From NCBI RefSeq assembly GCF_021028975.2, contig NC_059425.1:22506001-22570000 (forward strand): 64,000 nt of DNA, read 5' to 3'. The position numbers and the translations under genes are program-made. The DNA comes from Sphaerodactylus townsendi. Lineage: Eukaryota. The notes below the pieces were generated by a model that did no database searches, had not been told where the DNA came from, and saw only the letters and a list, made by a program, of their open reading frames with translations. Of this stretch, positions 56,301 to 64,000 are shown piece after piece; position 1 is the stretch's first letter, and each line of letters starts with the position of its first letter.

Positions 56301-56936
56301 CCCGCCCAAGGACTGGCGCAGCGGCTGCATCCTTGCCACAGCCCCGCCTAACAATGCCCCACCCCTGGAATGCCTGGCCACACCCCCGTCATGCCCCGCC
56401 CAGCCCCATTGGTGCTATGCCACTGTTTGAATCCCACCACCATGGGAACCTGTTACTAAAATTTTTGGATCCCACCACTGGGTATAAGGCAGCTTCGTGT
56501 GTTCATGTGAGTTGCTCTTTTCTGGTTTTAGAATACCTCAGACAGGGCACAGTCACCTGTGTAGGCCACCTGGCCAAATTATCTCTTGGGCCCAGAAAGC
56601 CCAACATCTTATAAAAGGGAGCATGCATATCTTCCTCAACTAAGGGCCTATGCAGGGTGGTCAACCTTTCCAATTGGCCATGCTGGCTGGGGCTGATGGG
56701 AATTGCAGTCCATGAACATCTGGAGTGCCACCCCTGGCTATAGTTACCACCCCCGTACTCTCCTCCCTATAAATTATTGTCTGTCCACTGCTCAGTGTAT
56801 CCTGCCAGCCCACCGTCTTCCAATTTCCTCCCCTCTCTTCCTTACAAGCTCTCCCATTCTCTTTCCAGGCGTGTTCCACATTTGCGCTGTCCCCAGGAGT
56901 TCCTCTCCTAATGGCTCCAATGTGGCAAGTGGTTGA
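53379..56936 (+). CDS. LIM2-like: Lens fiber membrane intrinsic protein (LIM2/MP20)-like, PMP22/claudin superfamily, 172 aa
   Basis: Exons 53379-53553, 54791-54931, 55745-55879, 56869-56936 (519 nt), GT-AG, all phase 1. MFSLMGGGLLC...TDFWMQYRYSG...QGLWRFCVGSKC (W-GLW-C-C signature), ATRAFM, YTGVTV, DWRFSWSYILGW are LIM2-subfamily motifs; four hydrophobic segments. Confidence 0.9.
54295..54393. repeat. 33-bp tandem repeat, 3 copies, inside a dispersed repeat
   Basis: Unit TAGTGCCATAGAGTCCATGTTCCATGGCAGCCA. Confidence 0.9.
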
Positions 56937-57258
56937 TCCGCCCCGACTGCATCGGAATGGGTCAGCTTCGTCTGGTTGAGATGTCTGACGTTCCCTCTCG
57001 TTCCACTTGGTCTTCTGACCAACACTCTTTCCTCAGTGTCTCAGAGTACTTTTTCCTCTTTCCACCCCCACCTATTTTCCACCTTCTCCTTCAGAATTCA
57101 TTCGACAACAGCAGTTCAAAGGACATTGCCTACAAGACTCCAGGGAGTCTGCCGACATGCCTCTCTCTTTCTTGTGATCTTGTGTCAGCCAAGTGACTGT
57201 TGTGCAGTTGATCCATGTAATATTTTTCCCCAGTGAAGAGCCAGTGCCAGGGTTTTTT

Positions 57259-57466
57259 GATCCTCTTTGATCCTCTTTGATCTGAGATTGCAAATGCCTT
57301 AACAGACCAGGTGCTCGGGAGCAACAGCCGCAGAAGGCCATTGCTTTTACATCCTGCATTTGAGCTCCCAAAGGCACCTGGTGGGCCACTGCGAGTAGCA
57401 GAGAGCTGGACTAGATGGACTCTGGTCTGATCCAGCTGGCTTGTTCTTATGTTCTTATGTTCTTAT
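57259..57466 (+). mobile_element. CR1-type LINE 3' UTR fragment downstream of the LIM2-like stop
   Basis: Same 3' UTR and (TTCTTATG)n tail. Confidence 0.8.
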
Positions 57467-58214
57467 GGTTTCTGACACCCCCAGCAAAGGACTCCTTCCT
57501 GTAGCGTACCTTTCAACATGTCACATATGAAAATTGGAACCCTCGCATAATACCAAAGAACAAAGTTGCCAACTTCCAGGTGGAGGCTGGAGGTCTCCCA
57601 GAATGACAACTTCTCTCCAGGCATCAGAGGTTAGTTCACCTGGAGAAAATGGCTGCTTTGGAAGGCAGAGCCAATGGTATTACGGCCCTCTGAAACCCCT
57701 CCTTTCCCCAAATTTCACCCTGGAGCTGCAGGGTCCCTTGTGATTTAGTGGTGTGAGAGTCTGACCTAGGGATCTGGGGAGGGGCATACCGCCAATGGGG
57801 ACATATGGTGTCACATGTCCCTGGGTGTACTGTACACCATCTAATCACGTGGTGGTGGTGGGGTGCCAGGCCCAAGCTGACCCCTCCAGCTCCGGGTGGT
57901 AGACCTGGGCGCGTTGCTGTCCCGGCAGTAGAGCTGGGTGCTGTCACCGGCTCCGGGCAGTAGATCTGGGTGCTGTCGTCAGTTCCAGGTGGTGGACCTG
58001 GCCACTGGGTTTGGGCGGTAGACCTAGGCGCCTCGCTGGCTTTGGGCGGTAGACTTGGGCACCGTTGCCAATCTGACGTTCCTCTGTGAGATTAGCAGAT
58101 GGCTTGATCTTCTCCCCCTCACCCTCGGTATCTAGGGAAGATGGAACCCAGGGGCGGGGGGACTCAGATTTTGCCTCAGGCTCCATTTTCCCTAGATATG
58201 CCTCTGAATCTGAG

Positions 58215-58530
58215 AAGAAGAGAAGAAGAAGAGTTTGGATTTATATCCCCCCTTTCTCTCCTGCAGGAGACTCAAAGGGGCTTACAAGCTCCTTGCCCTT
58301 CCCCCCTCACAACATACACCCTGTGAGGTAGGTGGGGCTGAGAGAGCTCCAAGAAGCTGTAACTAGCCCAAGGTCACCCAGCTGGCGTGTGTGGGAGTGT
58401 ACAGGCTAATCTGAATTCTCCAGATAAGCCTCCACAGCTCAGGCGGCAGAGCGGAGAATCAAACCCGGTTCCTCCAGATTAGATAACCTCCTACGCCACT
58501 GCTGCTCCTCAGGTGCTGCTACGCCACTGC
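58215..58530 (-). mobile_element. tRNA-derived SINE, same family
   Basis: Shared body; head duplicated (ctacgccactgctgctcctcag twice). Confidence 0.85.
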
Positions 58531-60328
58531 TGCTCCTCAGAGACCCAGGTGCCAACCCCCACTTGCTGGGTCACCTTGGGCCCATCGCAAACGCACAGCT
58601 TCACGTATCTCACAGTGTTATGAAGATCAAATGGAGGAGACGAATGATGCAAATGCTTTGTGTCCTCACTGGGGAGAAAGGCAGGATGCTGATGATGGAA
58701 ATAATGTGCATCGGAGACAAGATGCATCTTTTCCGCCCTCAGAGATTTGGAGGGGAAGAAGAGGTCGAAGAAGCTGCGCTAAGGCTTTTCACAAGACACC
58801 CTCCAAGCCAAAATTGGAATGTTCATTAAACTTCCTGAGCTTCATTCATAAACTCCTGCCGGCTGTCAATGAGAGTATTACTTCTGTGCTTCTTGCCCTC
58901 CACTCCCCCACCCCACTAGAGTGGGTCCTTCACTGTTCCAGGTGCAGTCATATGTCAGCCTCCCCGCTTTCTGCTCCTTGGCCCCAGGGACAGCGTCAGA
59001 GAATCCAAAGATGGATTCAAAAAGAGGGAAAGTACGTGTGTCATACGTGTGCTGTAATCATACTGGAATTCCCGTGTACAGTCATTTCTACTTCCAGATC
59101 CCTTTGCTTATTAGACATGTTCCACTAGAGGGCAATAGTAGCAACCAGTTTGAGGAATTCAGTAATATGCAACTGTGCCTTTGCATGAATGTTCTCGTTT
59201 TTTTCTCAGCAGGAGGAAAAGGCCGCGAAAGTACAGCTCCCTCCTGACATTTGCCTTTGTTTTTCTAGTTTTGGCGATCTCATGTTATCATGAAATGCTC
59301 TTATTACTGGTCTAGTCCCCCAGCTGTGAAAGTGTAGCACCCCCCACAGTTCATTTCAATACAAGGCTTCTCAGGTTGTATACTCCTCTTGGGAAAGAGA
59401 TTGGTGAGGTTCCTTTATCCGGCAGGTACCTTAAAGCAGAATTCAACATGTAGCAAACGACCCCAGGCCCTCAGGCAAAGATTCCCTCTCATTCATCCTC
59501 ACAGTCAGAAGAACACATGCAAGATATTTCATGAAAACAGATATAGTGCTGCTATTATCCTTCAGCTTGGCCTCCCAGGTGTCCAGGAACCCTAGAAATG
59601 TGTTCTTGTAGGTCTTTTCTCATCCACCGGTGTTTAACAGTTGAAGAAGCAAAATGTTGTCTTCATTAGTCAACAAAGTCCAGAAATACAGAACTGGCAA
59701 TCCAAATAATTGTCACATTTGGCATTCAGAAATTATTGCTCTTGTTCTGGTCAAAGAGCACCATATGAGTCCTGTTGGCACACACTAAGAAAATATGTCG
59801 AGGAGACTTCAGGGGAGAGAAGCCAAACATCCTCCAATGGGGGTGCCATGTCAAGTCTGTGTGACCTGAGCATCCTTTGGTACCGAAAGAATTTCCAAGG
59901 AAAAAGTCACTCCAGATTGGTAGATAGAAGGCCTTTCCCGCACAAGCCATTTACGTTGTTCCCAGCCTGCAAATGAAACATTTCCTCTATGGAATTCCAC
60001 ACTGTTCCCCCCCTCCCCCCCACAACCACCATCCTGTTTGGTTTCCAGCCACCTGTTTCTCTGTAGTTTCTGAAAACACCTTTACAGCAATGTTTCTCAC
60101 TTGAAACATTTCCAAGCTGGCTTCCTTCACAGTGTGATCATACTGAAACATTCTTTCCTGCCAAAATGGCGGGCAATTTTCCACACCCCTTTGAGGTAAC
60201 CAAACCTCCCCTTTGGCCCTTGTTTTGCCATTTTTGTTGTTTTTAACCTCACTATTCTCTTAAATTTCCCCATTTTCATGCATTTCCTTTCCCCCCGCAG
60301 ACAAATTTTTCCTTTCCCCCTGCAGACA

Positions 60329-60743
60329 AATGTTCTCTCTTTCTCACAATACTAGAACCAGGGGGCATTCGTTGAAAATGCTGGGGGGAAGAATTAGGAC
60401 TAATAAAAGGAAACACTTCTTCATGCAACGTGTGATTGGTGTATGGAATATGCTGCCACAGGAGGTGGTGATGGCCACTAACCTGGATAGCTTTAAAAGG
60501 GGCTTGGACAGATTTATGGAGGAGAAGTAGATTTATGGCTATCAATCTTGATCCTCTTTGATCTGAGATTGCAAATGCCTTAACAGACCAGGTGATCGGG
60601 AGCAACAGCCGCAGAAGGCCATTGCTTTCACATCTTGCATGTGAGCTCCCAAAGGCACCTGGTGGGCCACTGCGAGTAGCAGAGAGCTGGACTAGATGGA
60701 CTCTTGTCTGATCCAGCTGGCTTGTTCTTATGTTCTTATGTTC
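60329..60743 (+). mobile_element. CR1-type LINE 3' end
   Basis: TRGHSLKMLGGRIRTNKRKHFF...VWNMLPQEVV...FKRGLDRFM and (TTCTTATG)n tail. Confidence 0.85.
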
Positions 60744-63316
60744 TAAATTTTTATGGACCATCGAATCAGCAAAGCTATGTAGCATCACTGCAGTCCATGT
60801 GTGGAAAAACTGGAAAAAAATTACAGCCACCAGAAAACGTTTTGAGGTGGGGAGTGTGGGCAAACATGGAGGTGAACGATGTGATCGAAAATACGCTCAA
60901 AATGGGATAAGTGTCATGTGTGGAAAAGAACATTTATTTACTAATCAGGATACTACGGAGGTTACAGAGTTATAAATGGTTTTGCTTAAGAACTGATGTT
61001 TGTGAAGAGAGGACACTGTGGCCTGTATCATGTATGTGATTCTCTTATAATAAATGAATGAATTCTACTGTAATGTTTGCCCCACGCGTGATTACTGTCC
61101 TTGGATTATAACTTGTGAAGAAGAAGAGTTTGGATTTACACCCCATCTTCCTCTCCTGTAAGGATACTCCTTACAAGTTCCTTTCCCTTCCTCTCCCTAC
61201 AACAGACACCTTGTGAGGTAGGTGGGGCTGAGAGAGTTCTGAATTAGCTATGACTAGCTCAAGGTAACCCAACAAGAGTGTAGGATTGCAGAAACACATC
61301 AAGTTCCCCAGATAAGCCTCCACAGGTGGAGGAGTGGGGAATCAAACCCAGTTCTCCAGATTGGAATCCACCTGCTCTTAGCCATTACACCATGCTGGCA
61401 TTAACATGCAGTTGTTTTCACAGTGCACAGAGGGAGTTGTGTGCATGCAGGTCCAGTGTGCAATTGCTTTATGCCCTTGCTCCCAAATCCATCAAGCAAT
61501 GTGCACACACAAGCTTGCTTATCCAACACGGATCTCCCAAATCTCGGTCAGGTTGACCTTATTTTAAAAGATGCATTTCCTTGTTGAAATCTGTCTCTTG
61601 CAGACTCACACACGAGAGCTGGGCCAGTTGTTAGCAATCTTGCCCAGCACTTCCTGGAAGGCCCTGTTGTTTTTTGGAGTTCTTGGGCTTTCAGGAAAAT
61701 TAATACCTGCAATGTGTAAAGCACTTCTCCAGTCTGTGGTCTGAATGACCTATTCATGTGGCATGCCGGCTTAATAATGGGGGAACACCTGTGAACTACT
61801 CATGTTGGCCAGTGAATCCAGCCATGGGGTGGGTGACTGCAGGCATCATCTTGTGACTTGCGGAGTGTGGTACGTGAACAACCCCAAGTGTTTCCTTGGG
61901 CGTGAAATCACTGACCTGGGATTCAAGAACTGTGGGTCCTCTTCCTTGTTAAGTCTCTGACTCACTCTTTGTTCTTGAATGAGTCAATGAGATTACGCTC
62001 CAGCTAGCGGGTAAAGAAGGTTGCCAAACGGACCAGCGTGGCCCGTTCCTGTGCCTTTAATAGTAAACTGATCTGCAGAAAGCAGCAGGTAATGGTTCTC
62101 TTGGCCTAGAGATTGGTATCCTCATCTATTGAATTTCTGCAGATGAAGCGGCTGTTAAAAGCAGAGGAGCAGAGGCTGATGGGAAAAGTTGCAATCTCAG
62201 CAGCCAACCATTTAACTTACATAACACTTCTGAACAGAGGAAGCATCGTAGATTTGTTAACTGATCTGAGAAAGAATCTCTTCTTGCATCTTTTATTGCA
62301 GCTTGAGACCAGGAATGGGTGTGATCTGTGTACGTATACTTCTGGTAACTGATTATATTGTACATCAGTCATCCTGACCTTTCCCCAAAAGCATTTGTTC
62401 TACTTGTCCTTTTTTGCCAGAATGCAAAAACTCTAAACTCTAGAACGTTTTTCTTTTAGGACGTCATAACTTACCCAGTAGTAAACAATATCTCCAAAGT
62501 ATAGCCACATACTACTCTCAGTTTGCTTTCTGTAAACAAAAAAAGCACCTTGGAAAAAACGACTATAGAAATCCATGCATTTTATCATAGGGTTTCTCCA
62601 CCGCAAACTGATATAATGGTATTAGAAAAACATCCCATAAATCCTCAAGAAAACACTTACCAAGGAAACCATTTTTAATTACCCCGGAGAGATACAGTCC
62701 TTCTTGACAACCTGGAGAATATTTACGGTACCTCACCACTGACAGAGATATATTTGTAGGTAGGAAAAAATCACATGGAAAAAAAAAGTTAGGAAATACT
62801 ATTGTTAGGAGTTTTTTAATTTTCTTTAAAATCCATGTATGTTTATATAGTCTAAGGTTTTATGGCCAGAATCAGTAGGATGTTGTAGGTTTTACGGGTT
62901 GTACGGCTGTGTTCCAGGACTGGAAAACCCACAAGATTCTATGTTTATAGTCGTTGTCCAGTATTTTAGGTTCAAACACAATGATTTCTAGTACCACAAG
63001 CAAAAATAGCTTTGTGGGAGGACTCTTTCTATCTCCCCGATGATGCACTGGAATTTGGCTTGGAGTATAAATTGTAGCCCAAATGCAATGTTTGTTTACA
63101 GAGTTGCTAGAGGATTTAATAGGGTTGCTAATTCTAGGTTAGAAATATCTGAACATTTGGGGGATGCACCCTGAGGAGGGCAGGGATTGTTACGGGGGTG
63201 GGGTGGGTGGGGATAACCAAAGAACCCATTTTCAGGGGAATTAATCTCTATAGTATGCAGATGAATTGTAATTCCAGGATATCTCCAGATTCCACACGGA
63301 GTTCTGGTAATTCTAG

Positions 63317-63695
63317 AAGAAGAAGAAGAAGAAGAAGAAGAAGAAGAAGAAGAAGAAGAAGAAGAAGAGGAGGAGGAGGAGGAGGAGGAGGAGTTGTTGT
63401 TGTTTGGATTTATATCCCCCCTTTCTCTCCTGTAGGAGACCCAAAGGGCCTTACAATTTTCTTTCCCTTCCCCCCTCACAACAAACACCCTGTGAGGTGG
63501 GTGGGGCTGAGAGAGCTTCTTAGAGCTGTGACTAGCCCAAGGTCACCCAGCTGGTGTGTGTGGGAGTGTACAGGCTAATCTGAATTCCCCAGATAAGCCT
63601 CCACAACTCAAGCGGCAGAGCTGGGAATCAAACCCGGTTCCTCCAGATCAGAGTGCACCTGCTCTTAGCCACTGCTCTTAGCCACTACGCCACTG
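63317..63695 (-). mobile_element. tRNA-derived SINE with (GAA)n(GGA)n(GTT)n tail
   Basis: Full-length copy plus tail microsatellite 63317-63402. Confidence 0.85.
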
Positions 63696-64000
63696 CGGAA
63701 TTCCCACCTGTCAACTATTTTAAAAAGCCCCAGGCCTTCTTCAGTCCCCATAAAAGCAGCCGATGGAGCTTTGCTGGTTCGCAGCCAAGCCCAAAAGGGT
63801 ACAATCCTTACAAATTCCTTCCTTACATTTCTGGTCCAAAACAGAACCATTTCTAACGTCCACAATACAAAAGGCTTTAACCATAGAGTTGTGAAGACCT
63901 AGAATGACACTGCACAGCTTTTGGGGAATCGTGTCAAAGGCAGTTATCAATGTTCAGTAGGCCGTGAGGGACTAATCATACCTAATTGGCATGTTTATGT

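Noticed and set aside
62460-62720. Strong minus-strand donor-like motifs (GTAAGT) near 62475 and 62660
   Set aside because: No recognisable coding frame or partner exons; no gene can be supported in 57.5-64 kb.

Overview
Vertebrate genomic DNA, almost certainly a squamate and most likely a gecko (inferred from the tRNA-SINE, hAT/Harbinger MITE, CR1, L2 and Penelope repeat content). Five spliced protein-coding genes were reconstructed by hand with GT-AG boundaries and consistent reading frames. They are NIT1 (minus, runs off the left edge), PFDN2 (plus, sharing a bidirectional promoter with NIT1), KLHDC9 (minus), a complete 617-aa V-ATPase catalytic subunit A gene (plus, 14 coding exons, one U12-type intron) and a 172-aa LIM2/MP20-like tetraspan gene (plus). 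NIT1-PFDN2-KLHDC9 is the human 1q23 gene block, whereas human ATP6V1A lies on 3q13 and LIM2 on 19q13. Both genes here are clearly diverged from those human proteins. The best candidate for something undescribed is therefore a pair of ancient paralogues, probably whole-genome-duplication ohnologues absent from this position in human. One is a second V-ATPase A subunit with a CpG-poor, forkhead/CP2-motif-rich candidate promoter suggestive of proton-secreting cells. The other is a second lens-membrane-type protein with a TATA/SOX/MAF-type promoter. Other points of note are Penelope-derived hammerhead-ribozyme-like motifs in V-ATPase introns, a piggyBac-like MITE with telomere-repeat termini, and an RFX X-box promoter candidate for KLHDC9. 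There is one 351-bp assembly gap. All comparisons to human proteins are from memory and need a real alignment. Repeat boundaries without a stated TSD are approximate.
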